Below are positions 26,821 through 40,077 of a stretch of 64,000 bases of DNA, in pieces. Below the pieces are notes generated by a model. That model did not search any database and had not been told where the DNA came from. It was given only the letters and a program-made list of their open reading frames with translations. Location: assembly GCA_013265495.1 (NCBI GenBank), contig MU057521.1, positions 372,001-436,000 on the forward strand, given 5' to 3'. The translations under genes were made by a program, and so were the position numbers. Each line of letters starts with the position of its first letter. The first letter of the stretch is position 1. The stretch comes from Vicugna vicugna. Taxonomy: Eukaryota.

Positions 26821-29079
26821 TTATCAAGACGATACAAAAAAGTAAATTATAAAAAAGATGTACCACACGACCCCACTGTAAATACACACACATACACACA
26901 TGAAAAAAACTGAATTATAGGTATCAAAATATAATATAGAGGTGATAGGATTAGAAATAAATTTTATGTTCTTCTTTTCATAATTTTCTAGGACACTTTC
27001 ATTAATTTTTTAAAATAGGAAATGTATCAAATAAAAGTGCATTGCTCCAAAACTTTATAATAAATGTTCACACCCTTTCTGGCTCCTTAGAGCTGTGAAA
27101 TGTGGAATGTACGCGTGTTCTTTCCCTCTTTTCCCTGGTTCTCCTTTCTTGCTCCCCACTGCTCTTTTGGTATGGTAAAGAACCAATATTGTAAGCATTT
27201 CAAAGTTTACAGAGCCACCAAATACTTTCTTGTTACCAGGACTTACAAGAACCAGAGAAATGTCTAGAATTATGGGGAGAGGGTAAGAAGGGGCCAGTCA
27301 TTAAGGAAAGAACGGTCCAGTTCATTCCTTTTCATTTCAGTCATGTAGCATTACCTGAAACAGCAATTTACTTCTGCATGAGCCCATCAGATGAATGTCA
27401 TCAATTTACAAGTGATGTCACACAGTGATTTGGAGAACTACGTTGCTAGCCACAGGCCCATAACAAACAGCAGGTCTGCATGATTCTCCTCCTCTTCAAC
27501 CAGTGGCATATTTATAACATCTTATTTTTGCAAATGGCTGCTCTCTCTCTCCTTTATGAGCGGAACACAAGCCAATATATATTATGGCTCTTTGAGGGTA
27601 ACACACTAGGTATTTGTCCTTGAAGTTCCTCTATCTCTGGCAAATAGAGAGAGATGCGAATGCAACTAGTTTGTTATCTAGTGCATTGAGGATTTTTGGT
27701 TTTGTGTCTTTTTTTTTTTTTGCATTTTTGATTTTGGACTAAATAGTATCAAATTACTTGAATCGATAGCTTCATTTTTTTCTTGTACATTACTTTTTCC
27801 TCACATTCAAAGCTTCCCAATTGCTTGCCACAGGAATGACCAACCAATAAATCTAGATCAAAACTACTAAACATTTCCTCGCAGTCAAGATATCTGCCAT
27901 AGTCTCTGTCCTACCACCCTCAAGGAAAGTCCTCATTCACCTTCTCGGCATTCAATCTTTTTCTCCCTCCAGAGTTCTCTTCCACCCAAACATCCCACTG
28001 CTCCACAATAAGGAATTTCTGGTTTTGAATAGCCAGACTATCTACTTTGTCATCAACATGATATCCATATTCCATTCTATGCCCTTACTTGGACAGGTCT
28101 CCTCCTGAAAGTCCCTTGGCCATTTTTACACAATGTTGAATAAAGAACTCCTACGGGCGTGGCAATGGGATCAGTGGCCTTGATCCCAACTGCTAATTAC
28201 TATGTCTCACTTCTCTTACCAAAATGCGGCACATTGCTAAGGTGAAAGACGAAGATTAGGCTAGTGGCATCCTGCTAACTGAATTTTCACATTTTGAGGA
28301 ATACATGAAAATGAGCAACCTTAATATAAGATATTTGGAAAAAAAGAGATCAAGGCATTCTAGATCATAAACCACTCTCCTTCTCTGACATGTGTAACAT
28401 TGAGTATTTAGACCCTCTAAATTGACCTTACAGATTAAATGCATCCCACCTCTTTCTTCTCAAGAAAAAATTATAGGACTAGAGATATTTTGTGGTATGT
28501 GTCAAGAGATATTTAGTAGGAATAGACAGTTATTTATTGAGAATATTTAATGTATAACTAGAGGGCAATATTCAGACCTCTACTTTGAAGAGGGAATCCA
28601 TTAAATAAGCACAGTGAGTCTATATTATTCTCCAACAATTGAAAGAGCAATGAAATGATGACCAGTGAAGTCCTTTTGGGGACTTTCTGCTGGGGTATCA
28701 GTTGAATAAGGCTTTGTGATGGGGTCTACCCAACTGGGGAACCCACACGAAATCAGTGGCTGTGATATCAGAGGAGTAGGTCCAAGTCAGGTACTTATGC
28801 TTAAATATAATTAAATGGGTTCTATAATTAAGGGCTTTCTATAAAAAGTATTGGAAAGAGCTACCTTTGATCTTTGAAATGAACTGTAGGTGTACAAGCA
28901 CATACGCACACACACCACAAAAATACACAGAGGTATTGATCATTAACATGCAGGGTTTGTGTTCATAATCTTTCCGATTCTGTATCTGCAGTGCCCATAG
29001 TCAGGTAGAACTAGGGTATGTTTCAGTCTGTTTTTCCCCCTGTTCTATACCATTACTATTGCTACTACATACATGTATA

Positions 29080-29290
29080 CATACTGATCACTAACTATAT
29101 GCCAGGCACTGCTCTAAGCTCAGAGAATTCTATGTCTTTCTACTCATTTGATTTTCACCTCAGTTCTCCATTGTGTAGATGAGGAAATTTACTCTAAATC
29201 ATTCTCAGTGACCCAGAAGCTCTTAGATGCTCTTTGATACCCTCAAAACTCACGGGACCTCTCTCAGGTCTGCTAGATAAGACACCGTAG
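29080..29290 (-). mobile_element. MIR
   Basis: actatatgccaggcactgctctaagc...tagatgaggaaa. Confidence 0.65.
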
Positions 29291-31199
29291 TCTTTACTTT
29301 CTGCTGCTTCACCTACTTGTGGGCAGAAATTCTGACCAGGACTTACTGCAAAGTCTAGCTTCACCTGGGAAAGGTTCATACAAATCTTTCTAGCCCACCC
29401 CCTCACCCACCATTAACATGACATACATTAGATACCCAGTAAATGTATGCTGAACAAAAAAGAAATTAACCAAATTTATATATGTATATATACACCCACA
29501 CCCACACACACACACTCACACACCTATACATACAGGGTGGGATTAAAATTTATGAATCCAAACAGAATCTGTGTCTGGAAACCAGAGAAAACTGAAAAGG
29601 ATAATCCTAAGGTCACCACTGAGAAAGCAAGTATTTCAGAAGTAAATTACCCATGCCTCATTTTTTCCAGATTTACCTCTTTTCCTTCCACGGGCAGACT
29701 TATGGAGAAATACTATGAAAAGGAGTGGTTGTCAAGCAATTTCTATCGTGGGCAGTTCAATCTCAAATGATTTATGACGTTTTAGTTGTTTATTGCACAC
29801 AATTGCTTTATTCGAAGGAAGTCTCAATCCAGCTGGATTTATTAGTGCCCTCATTAGATCAGTTTGCTGGCTAGAAGTGGCTTAATTTCACTTAGAAATG
29901 CCTTTGACTGTACTCCACCCCAGAAGTACGATCCAGTGTACAAAAGTTGAGTAGCACACCACTTAGGACAAATACATCAATGCCTGTCCTTCCTCTTGTT
30001 AACCAATAAACAAAATGAAAACAATCAGTGATTCATAGGTAATAATGCAATGTATGTAAAGATAAAAGCGTAATCCTCTGAGAACACAGGTAGTGGCAAA
30101 ATTACACCTGAACATACTCTCAAAATTACTCCATAAAGAAAGTTGTTTTATACTCATTTTTTGTGTCCCTCAAGAAAATGGTGAGCCTTCACCCATTTCC
30201 AATGTTTTCCATTATTATAGTTTCATCCTAACACTTACTCCTCATCATATGGTTATACGATTTTAGAACTGGCAAGTCTATATACAAAGAAATGGTTTGG
30301 TGACATCCTGTACAACACCCAGCTCGGTAACAGCCGAGTGAGAGCAGAAATCCACCCTCTTTCCTCTATGAATAAGGTCATCCCAGGTAATACAGAGTTG
30401 CTGAGCTGGAAGAAAGTCAGTTAAAAGAAAGCACACCTTGAGACTGTATCAGATTATATTATTCTAATTAAAATAGATCCTTTTGTTTATCTAGTCTTGT
30501 CATACTTTTTTTCTAAGTCATTGCACTGTTTGCAGCTCATTAATCAGTACCAATGTATTATTATCTAATAATAATGGAAGCAAATCTACCCATTATAATT
30601 CTCAAGGATCAGACGAATCCAACACTCACAGTTTCTATAATTGCTATCACCGATACTAAGAAGAGTAGTCGTGACTGTTTTATGATTATAATCTACTTTA
30701 ATTGACTTGATTCCTTTAACTAATTATGTGGCAATGTTTATTGTTATTCACTATGTCACTATACAGCTTTGCATAAGCAAATAAAAACTATGTTAGCAGA
30801 AAAATCCTTCAGATGTCACTTTTTTTAATAAAATGAAAAGTATGAATAAGCTGATAATTTAGAATACTGCAAACATTGCAACTAGACTCGATTTCACTTA
30901 GGAAGAAAGAGAAGTTATATATGCTCATATACAGTTAAGTACCAAAATTTACTTTTATCAAATACTGGTATTAAATGTGCATCCTGGTCATAGTACAGTT
31001 CTTAAAATCTGGAAATGCAAAAAAACAAGGTTGCTCATATCCTAGGCAGATAAATTCTATCTTTCAAAGAAAAATAAAATAAAACAAGTACACTGCTTTA
31101 TATAACAAAAATATAAGTGAACATATTCAAATTATCTATCCAAATCGTATTCTGAGGGACTATAATGAAAACATAAGGTTTGTTAACATATATGGAATG

Positions 31200-31620
31200 C
31201 CTCATTGAATGTCCATGCATGCAAGTGGTATAGCAAAATGATAAGACACAATAGGAAAATGTATCTCAAGAACTATAGCATAGCTACTGTTTTAAGACAA
31301 TGATCTCACTTCTGGGAAATTTTTATTAAGAAAGTAATTAAGCAAAAAAAAAACTGCATAAAGATGCCAATTGCAGTGCTATCTACAATGTTGAAAGAAA
31401 TTAAAATGTTCTCCAGTAGATGAATATTTCAGTCAATTCTGGCATAGTAGCTCACTTGATGTAATATTATTTATCCATTATAATTATAATCATAAAGTCT
31501 ATGTGGAAACAGAAAACTTTAATAATCAATATTAATTGAAAATGCAAAATACACAATAGGAATATAGTGATGTTCTTTTTTTTTTAACCTGGAAAAACTG
31601 TGAGGAGGATTCTACATAAA
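31200..31620 (+). mobile_element. L1ME-type 3' fragment
   Basis: ctcacttctgggaaatttttatt...ttgcagtgctatctacaat. Confidence 0.5.
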
Positions 31621-31915
31621 CAATGTATTTGATAACAGTAGTAAAAGTAATGAGGACTTCATTTATTCACAAAACCATCCTATACTTTAGTGATTTTCTG
31701 TATTATCAAAAAGTAAAGAACAATAATTGAAGTATAAATTCCAGAGTAAGGATAAATTAATTCAAAACAAGAATTTCATAATTTAGGTAAGCAAAAGTTA
31801 TAGCAAATATTAGTTATTTCCTTTTAGGTTCATTTTAATCAGATAACCTAGAATTATCTTGGGATCTATTTGTACAAACAGAAAAATGGGAAGATAGCTT
31901 TCTGCGTATGCCCAC

Positions 31916-32003
31916 CTGTTTAAGAAAAACTGCTCAGGGCATCACTAGGTACTTTGAAAATAATAAGTACTAAGTACCAATTAACTTGGAACAGCATCTT
32001 TTG
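31916..32003 (-). other. Candidate exon (88 nt)
   Basis: Acceptor gtttcgtag|, donor CAG|gtgggc. All frames contain at least one stop. Confidence 0.3.
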
Positions 32004-32570
32004 CTACGAAACACATTAAATCGCCAGTACTTTATTAAAGTGTAGCACTGGATATTTCCTGTATCATTATCTTTCACACAATTTACCCTAAATTCTTGTC
32101 TTCATCTCCTTATACTTGCTTTATCAAATGTGACTACGTGACATCTTTCCATTTCTTGGCAAATACCAAGTGTGAATCGTTACTAACACTGTAGCAAAAA
32201 CCTAAAGGCCACTGTGAACTTACAGTTACAATAAAATGTTGCATCTAATGTAAAATGCTAGCACCTTCTGTGTCCCTCTAATACTGAAGTGGTCATTGCA
32301 CCACTGGGCTGTTTTATGAGGCATTTGTTCACCTCCAGAGTAGATAAACTGGAAGAATGAGGGTTAGAAATGTTATCCTGTTGGTAGAATTGGGTTATGA
32401 CTTGGGAAGAGTGCCAAAGAGTACCCTTTTCTGTGTGTGCTTTGATGTGCCACTAAATTAAAAGTTACTGAAAAATTAATATTGCTAAAAACATACACAA
32501 AAAAGAACATGAGAAGAAAGTTCCAGTTGGAAAATGAAACCCAAGTAAATTATAATAAAGCAAATGTGTT

Positions 32571-32665
32571 GGGAGAGGGTATAGCTCAGTGGTAGAGTTC
32601 ATGCTTAGCATGCATGAGGTCCTGGGTTCAATCCCCAGAACCTTCATGTAAGTAAGTAAATAAAT

Positions 32666-32698
<33 letters not shown>

Positions 32699-32704
32699 AC
32701 CTAA
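32571..32704 (+). mobile_element. tRNA(Ala)-derived SINE (camelid Vic-1-like) with TSD and (GATA)8 tail
   Basis: A and B boxes intact. TSD agcaaatgtgt at 32559-32569 and 32707-32717. Confidence 0.92.
32666..32697 (+). repeat. (GATA)8 microsatellite
   Basis: Eight perfect GATA units. Confidence 0.97.
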
Positions 32705-33037
32705 AGAGCAAATGTGTAGCTCCTTTGTAATTGATAGCGTGTCAAATTTAACAGTGTTAACTGACGGATTTCCTTTCCTTTGTAAGTTTAATTGTGCCCC
32801 CTTGTAGTCCCTGCTTAAATCAATTATTAGAAATATTAAAGCATCCTGAGTACTCCTTAGAATAAGCAGCAACTAGACTGAACACTTGTATCAACCATGT
32901 GCCAACATTTTGAGTCTGTAGTGTGGTTGGAATTTTACATGCCTTGGCTCTTCACTAAAATGTTCACTATTCTCAGCTGGAAATTTTAGAGAAAAATAGC
33001 ATGCTGAAGATGACACGTGAGTCATAATTACTTTTTG

Positions 33038-33288
33038 GATTAACTTTGCATTTTGGAATTATTTTAAATTCACAGAAAAGTTGCAAAGATAGTACAGAGA
33101 GCTCCCACACACCCTTCACCTAATTACTCCTATTGTCAACATCTTAACCATAATACGTTTGCCAAAACAGAAACCAACATCAGTACATCACTATTAACTC
33201 AACTCCAGACTTTGGATGGCAGCAATGCTTCCCATAATGCCATTCTTCTGTTCCAGGAACTGATCTAGCATACCACATTGCATTTAGT
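33038..33288 (-). mobile_element. Short L1M 3'-end insertion with perfect 14-bp TSD
   Basis: ataattactttttg at 33024-33037 and 33289-33302. Body carries the acagaaaagttgcaaagatagtacagagag motif. Confidence 0.85.
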
Positions 33289-34449
33289 ATAATTACTTTT
33301 TGTAAGAAAAACAGAGGTGCATATAAATTATTTAATTACAAAGTAACATTCTCATATCACCAATTTTCCTGCTTCATTGTGCCTCTTCCCAACTGAACTA
33401 GTAGTAAGCTCACACTGTGAAATTTCAGCGGCAAAACGACAAATATAACATTCCAATTTACACAGATCATGTTTGTGTAGCCCGCGGGCACGGCCCAGAA
33501 CACCAGGGACAATACTATTACTGTTTGTTCGTTTGTTTGTGTGTTTTATTTTTCCAAATCCAAACTGCTAAGTTCCTGGCTGTAGAGCTAGCTGGCATGT
33601 CCTGTTACCTCCTTAACGAGCAACTTCACCCTGTGCACCTGAGGGGGCTCAAGCACACTCCCAGATTCTGTCTGGTCCAATGTAGAAAAGAATTGGTTGG
33701 ATTTTCATAGGCGAGACAGAGCCCTGATGTCTAATTAACCTTCTTTAGTTGTAGCTCACGTGGCCTCCCAGATTCCTGATAAATGTGGGCTGCCTGAGGC
33801 TGAAGCTGCTACCAGGCCATTAGGTGAGAGGGCTTCCTGCCCAACCAGGCCTTGATTACCTTTAACAGAAAATAGCTCAGCCTCTGGGCTCAAATTATTC
33901 AAGTATGCCTCTTCCTGATTTCCACGTCACCATTCCCTTGTTCTTAAATCTTTCAATTTAGGTATCACATAGCCACTTTCTCAAGGCAGTAGACACTGAA
34001 AAGGTGCTATCCTAGGATGACTCTGGATTCAGACTCCTAAGATGTAGAGCTCCTGCCCTTTCCTGCTACCGATTCCTCTTTCCCTTCCCCAGGGGTAGGA
34101 CTTGAGGGGTTTCTTTCTTTATCAACACTCAAAACAGAAACGGACTGACCCCCACCGACTCTGCTCTCTCAATTGGAGCTTAACGCCTTCTTTGAGACCC
34201 ATACATCCAAAACACAAAATCTTGCTTCAGGTTCTCCTGATGGAGGAGGCTGGCTGGCTGCGTCACTTTGGGTCCCATAGCAATCTGATTACTTTGTCCT
34301 TTCCCGCAGTCGAGACGTGGAAAGTACAGACCAAGGAATGATGGCCTAATCTCAGTGCTCCAGCGCTCTCTCTTCCCAAAGCAGACTCCTCAGGCAGACT
34401 TGGGGAGATCACAATCATTACAGCCTGCCTCTCTCCCTGGGCAGAGCCC

Positions 34450-34950
34450 CCACACCCCCGTGCCATTACTGGGGGCAGGGAAACCGGCCAGATGCACACA
34501 GAGTAACACTTCCACTCTACAAGTGGTCCTTGGCAGTGGACAACAGTGCTCGCTGGTCTTCCTGGATTACCCTCCCAGAATGGAGCCTCCACTTCATAAG
34601 CGAGCTAGAGCGGGGCAGCTGGAGCCCGGCATCCTTGCCTACCGTGCTCGGCTACAGCTTCTCCCCCAGCAGCGAGGGCTGGCGGGCGGCAGAAGGGAGC
34701 CCAGTCCTCTGGGCCATGCCCGGCTGGAGCCGACTTCCACAACACAGAGCTGAGGCAGGGGTGGGGAAATGAGTGACACCAAGTGGCCTGCCAGTCCTGG
34801 GATTAAACTAGACGGAGACTGGGAGCTGTGGGGAGAGAGAGTCTTCATCTTGGCCACACATTCCAGAGCGGAGCTGCGATAACACGGACTCGGGGAGGGG
34901 GAGGAAGAGGAAGAGCCTGGCCCTGCTCAAACGCAGCAGACTCGCACTCT
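34450..34950. promoter_or_regulatory. Small CpG-rich, GC-rich patch (weak CpG island or promoter candidate)
   Basis: About 20 CpGs in ~500 bp (hand count) in a CpG-poor background. GC-box-like ggcgggcgg and ggggaggggg. Confidence 0.5.
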
Positions 34951-35446
34951 TCTTACAGAGAGTTAGCTCATTCTCTTCAATAAATATGCCTCCATTTGCT
35001 GCACGTTCTTATGACATTTTCCAGAGACTTTAAACGGTTTTTGTTCTTGCTGCTTTTGTGGTTGTTTCATTATTCTCATGTTAAATGTGTCCACTGAGAT
35101 CCTCACACAGTCATTCTGGCAGTCCTAGTATGCATTATTTTTATAGTCCATAATTGCAATTTTATTTTTCTCTTTGACAAAATAGTTACATGAGAAAGAA
35201 TTATATGCTGTGTTTTGCTTTTTAACTTCCAAATGATTGGGGTTTTATTGTCTTATCTTTTAATTTCTCATATTTCTATTAATATCCAGTTTTACTTTAA
35301 TGTGATTTAAAATAATGTATTCTTTTTAAATATACAATTTTAAGTCTTTTCTGTCAGCAAGTAAATGATTATATTTGCTGTCTTTGGAGGGGGTAGGGGT
35401 GGGAAGAATGAAATGAGAAACAAGTTGTCCAAGAAAGAAAAAACAC

Positions 35447-35572
35447 ATCCATAATGGAAGATACTGAAAAATTGGTCTTCATGCTGACAGCAGGTTTCAT
35501 CACAGACTAAATTTAAGAAAATTTCAACAAGGGCTTGCTTTGCTAACAAATCTTCACCAAGAAGCAGGTCAT
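35447..35572 (-). other. Candidate exon (126 nt, one open frame DLLLGEDLLAKQALVEIFLNLVCDETCCQHEDQFFSIFHYG)
   Basis: Acceptor tcattcatag|, weak donor GAT|gtgttt. Confidence 0.3.
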
Positions 35573-36112
35573 CTATGAATGATACAACATCAATTTTGTA
35601 GATTTATAGTGTCTTAAATAGTGAAAGATTATTTTCTTTCTAGCCTTTATTATTATAACACAGAAGCACAAAACCATGGAAGAGAATGAGAAGAAAGGAA
35701 AAGCTGTGCACTGACATGTAGCTTTTGGTACCAGCTGAATTATTACAGCTGATGCTATAAATGTGTTTCAGCAATCATGTATCATTATTGTTTTGTGATC
35801 TACCAAAAGATATTACTGTGCAGTGTGAACTGGTATTAGATTATCCATTATATCAAGGAGGACATTTATATCCTATAGTATGAAATGATAGAGATACAGC
35901 AAAGTAGCTACAATGGTGTTAATAAGCATATTATTATGTAAATACAGCTTTTCATTCAAAGAAGAAAAAGGAAAAGAAGGGGTAATCTCACAAAACACAA
36001 AACATTGTTTATCCGTTCTTAATCTTGTGGGTAATGAAACCACATGGCCTTTCTTGGGTTTAGAATTATTTTGCCCTTCAGAAGACATGGTAGTGGAGAC
36101 TGGCAGTGTTTC

Positions 36113-36168
36113 CTTCTGCATATCCCAACTCCAGTGTCCCCTTCTGCATATCCCAAGTCCAGTGTCCC
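36113..36168. repeat. 28-bp tandem duplication
   Basis: cttctgcatatcccaa(c/g)tccagtgtccc twice, one mismatch. Confidence 0.95.
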
Positions 36169-36424
36169 ATGTTATTGTTAAAAATGAAAAGTCATCAGAA
36201 CCAGAAGCTTCACTGGCCAAAATGCCAAGAGGATAATCTCCTCTGAGATTAGGGAGGCCGGTAACCTGTAATCTTCTCTTGTTCATCAAAGATATAGCTG
36301 AAGAAAAACGATTGTCATACATTGTTTCACAGATCTCAAGATGAGAACAATGAAAGCTGAAGGAATTACTAAATTCTTACAGTGAATATTGCAAAGGAAA
36401 AACTGGAATAGCTTCAAAACCAGG

Positions 36425-36590
36425 CAGAGTGACATAGCAGTTCAGAGCCGAGGCCCTGGGGATTCAACTATCTGAGTGCGTATCTTGCCTTCACCCCATA
36501 TTCTCAGTGTGCTAAATAAGGACAAAAATCTTTACCCTTCTATAATTTAGTTTTGTCTCCTATAAAATGGAGATATTAATAGGGTTGTTG
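36425..36590 (+). mobile_element. MIR
   Basis: ttagttttgtctcctataaaatggagatattaatagggttgttgt. Confidence 0.6.
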
Positions 36591-36859
36591 TAATATCACT
36601 GTTATCAACTGAGCTGTTGCTTGATTTTTGATGCCTTATCAACCCCTTAGGGGAAGGTTTTGGCAAGGTGCTGTGTTCTCATCTCAGAACTACAGAGGGA
36701 ATCTTCAAAGAAACAATTCATAGAGTTTCCCATTTGTCCCCTGCACTTGCAGGGACAGTGGAGTGGGGCTGAGCCTGCTAGAGGAATTCAGCAAGAAGTA
36801 GAGATGGGGAGCAACTGCTCTGCTGCCTTAAGGTCACCGTGCAATCACTGAGTCACTGA

Positions 36860-37560
36860 CCACAGAGGGGTGGGACTCGTGAAAAGAGGAAGAGTGAGCA
36901 CGTGGAACCCTGAGTTCTCTTCACCGAAGACCCCAGGAACAAGAAGCTGGAGGTGGGCTGAGGTGCTGAGGAAGGAGGACCACCTGAAATGAAGCTGCAT
37001 CTGTGGTGGAGGAAGAACAAGGCAGGTGGAGGACCCCAGAAGGGACCTGCTGAAGGTCTCATGAAAGTTCCCCACGAGAGAAAGAAGCCTAATGTCTTAG
37101 GACCCGAGAACGACAAGCCAGATTGCCAAGGAAGTGTGTCACCAAAGACTTACCCATTATTTTCTCCCATTCTTTCCTTCCTATTTCCCAGTCCCAGAGG
37201 GAATGGAACCTCAAGAAGCCAGCTTGAGGAGGCAACGATGTGAAATACAGAAGCCAGTTATAGCCATCTTTCCTACTATAAGCTTCCAACCAGAAACAGG
37301 CCCCAGCTGAAGGAAGAGAAAAGGTTCTGATGCTACATTAACTTTGGAATTTTGAAAACAGATCAAGGAATGAACATTCTAATTACATAACTGAGACTAT
37401 GTGTATGACAATATTGACCAGGATCCCTCTGTTACCTACAACGAAGGGGAAGAGCCATCAGTCTGTAGAAGCATCAATGACCAGAGAAAATACCCTCATT
37501 TAATACATTTTAAAGGGGCAATTAGAGACAAAAATAAAGTTGCATTTTGACTAAATCATG
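36860..37560 (+). mobile_element. Possible ancient LTR fragment
   Basis: Purine-rich body ending aaaataaagttgcattttgact, an LTR-like poly(A)-signal region. Confidence 0.3.
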
Positions 37561-38289
37561 AGTCATATTTGCCCAACAGCTAGTTGCACCAAGGTGAATG
37601 CGCTACTGTTATTTTTTGTGGACAGTGGAGTTGTGTGCAGGGCTGGAGCTCACAGCGCCCTACACCCCCCCCCTCCCATTTCTCTTTGGAAATACGAGCT
37701 GCATCAACTAACTTTTCCTTTTCTCCGAGCACAGGTGGAACGCTAGTATTCTGAAGAGCCCCACTGACCCTCTCAGTTTCACCTTCAACATATGCCTTCT
37801 AAAATCCCATCAAGGCAACTGACATCAGTAGGTCTGTAACTTCTAAATATCTTGGTCTTTCTCCTAAATGTAGAAATCTGCTTGTTGCTAATCTTCACCC
37901 GGATGTACCATCAGTATCTCAGGCTCATTATTTCCTTTTAAATTCCCTTGTATAATGTGTGTCACCCACGTTCCTGTGAGTCATCCCAGAATGTGGAACA
38001 TACCTTCTCCCTGAATTTTTCCTACCCAATCCAATCTAGCAGTAAATCTTATCAATTTTCCTTTCTAGATGTTTATATGAAAGCTATTATTTCTTTTCCA
38101 GACCCATGGCCACAGTTTATACTAGGTAATAATCATTCTTTCACAAACTTAAAACACCTCTAATACGCCTTCTGAATGGCTACCAGGATGACAGGTATGT
38201 CTAAGATATTTCCTTATTTATGTGAGATTCCTGACAAGCACCAGTTACAATGAAAACTGTTTTACATTCCTATAACGTATTTCTCCATT

Positions 38290-38460
38290 ATTAATGTATG
38301 CATTGGAATTACCTAGAATCTGGTTACAATGGCAGATTTCCAAGGCAGCTCCTAATGACTCTGTTCCTGGGAGTCTGATGTGGTGTCAGAAACTCTGCAT
38401 GTTTAACATGTGTCACAGGTGATCCTGATGTTAATGGTCTGTGAACCAATTATCTAAAAC
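38290..38460. mobile_element. MER5A-like hAT MITE
   Basis: gcattggaattacct...ctctgcatgtttaaca...caggtgatcctgatg. Confidence 0.7.
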
Positions 38461-38559
38461 AACCTTTTAAAGCATGTGAGAGTGTATGTGCGTGCATGGG
38501 GGTGTGTACGGGGAAGACATCCATACTTTATCATGTTGCTTCCCTGCCCTCTTAAATGC

Positions 38560-38832
38560 TTTTCCAGACTTTAAGACTCAAAGATCATTTGCTTCTTGAA
38601 GATGTTACTAATCCGTTCTCAACTTGCCCTAGATGAATCTATTATCAGAATACATTGTACATCTTTCCATTATGACCTTTTTCCTTTGTATTATACTATT
38701 TATTTACACACTAGCTTCCAACCAGACTCTGAAATTTTTGGAGACAGTAACTCTACTTTATTCACCTAAATGTCTCTAGGACCAAGCACAGTGAATGGTA
38801 TATGAGACGTTAAAAACTGTTTATTCAATGAA
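38560..38832 (+). mobile_element. L2 3' end
   Basis: accagactctgaaatttttggagacag...ccaagcacagtg...tgtttattcaatgaa. Confidence 0.65.
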
Positions 38833-38996
38833 CAGATTAGCAAATGACCTTTTCCTTCTTAAGGTCTTTGAGAGATTCACGACAAGGAAATTTACATTCA
38901 GTACTGTTTCTTCTAAGTATTCTCTTTTAGCATTTTCCCATTTTCTAATTCTCTTGGTCGTCATGTTAGAATAAAGTATGAAGGTGAGAACGTTAC

Positions 38997-39042
38997 CTGC
39001 GTGTCAGGAGACCACGGCAAACTATTGAGAGATGAGGAGCCC
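38997..39042 (-). other. Candidate exon (46 nt)
   Basis: Acceptor gattttattag|, donor CAG|gtaacg. Confidence 0.4.
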
Positions 39043-40077
39043 CTAATAAAATCAATCACACAGAAAAGAAAGAGAATATTAAACTGAGGGTACATTTCTA
39101 ACATCTAGCTCACTCACATAGAAATAAAACTTTAATAAGGTAACAGGCATGAAGCATGCTTTACAACTTGGTCCACTCTGTGTACACTTGGAGCACAGTA
39201 TCTATTTTTAACCATATCTGCATTCGTCCTCAGAATTTTATATGCATTAGAGAATGAGTTGAGAATGCCCGAAATAAGAATAAGAGAGTAAACTTAAACA
39301 TTAATTATATACAAGAATGACTACAGTACACAGTTACAGTATCTGCCTACAATTCTTCTTATTGAAGAGCAGGTTAATGATAGGAGTAGTCATGGTCAAG
39401 AAATTATCATTTCTATTTATTGTGTTCTGAATTCCTCTTCTTTTAGTCCTATTGATCCTTCTCTGGTCCTTCACACACATTCTTATTTCACATGGTTTTG
39501 TGCAGGGATAATTGCTTCCTTATTTCAAGCTCCTTATTACAGAAAAGTCTTACTCTGTACAGTTGCTGAAAGTTAAGATTTGGGGTGCATGTTTTTCATT
39601 AATTTTATTTTAAAGAGTTTTTTTCACTATGTTGACTGAGCACCTGCCACCATGTATTTTTAGCTCAGTCATGATGTTTTCTTCCATTTACTTTGCCCTG
39701 GAACTCAGCTTCTTATATATGTGTTTCTTGTCATAAACCTCTTCATTCTCCCCCATGTTTTGGGCTCTACCCACACAATAGAGACAAGAAGTCACTTGTC
39801 AGTAAACTGAAATTCAAGATTTATCAGAAACATGGACACCATAATGGCTCTTGTAAAAGTCTAGTAAATGAGAATGCCATGCCTATGAAATATGAAATCT
39901 ACCTCAGGCCAAGTAGATCTACTAATTTGATGTTTGTCTTTTGAGACTAACTAGTTGACTTAATTGTTCTAATACCATAATTTGAAAACTGTTAACTAGT
40001 AAAAGGAATTTATATATAACTCACTGTAGAACAGGGAACCAGCAACAGAATCTGGGGGGCACTATGTGATCAGAACT

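Noticed and set aside
32465..32872. 135-aa minus-strand ORF
   Set aside because: Runs through the antisense SINE and (TATC)n repeat (LSIYLSIY). Artefact.
34697..34717. MAQRTGL matches my recollection of the MYH10 N-terminus
   Set aside because: Similarity stops after 7 residues and a stop follows at codon 22. Treated as coincidence.
34355..34753. 132-aa plus-strand ORF and overlapping ORFs
   Set aside because: Expected in GC-rich sequence, non-ATG start, no recognisable domain.
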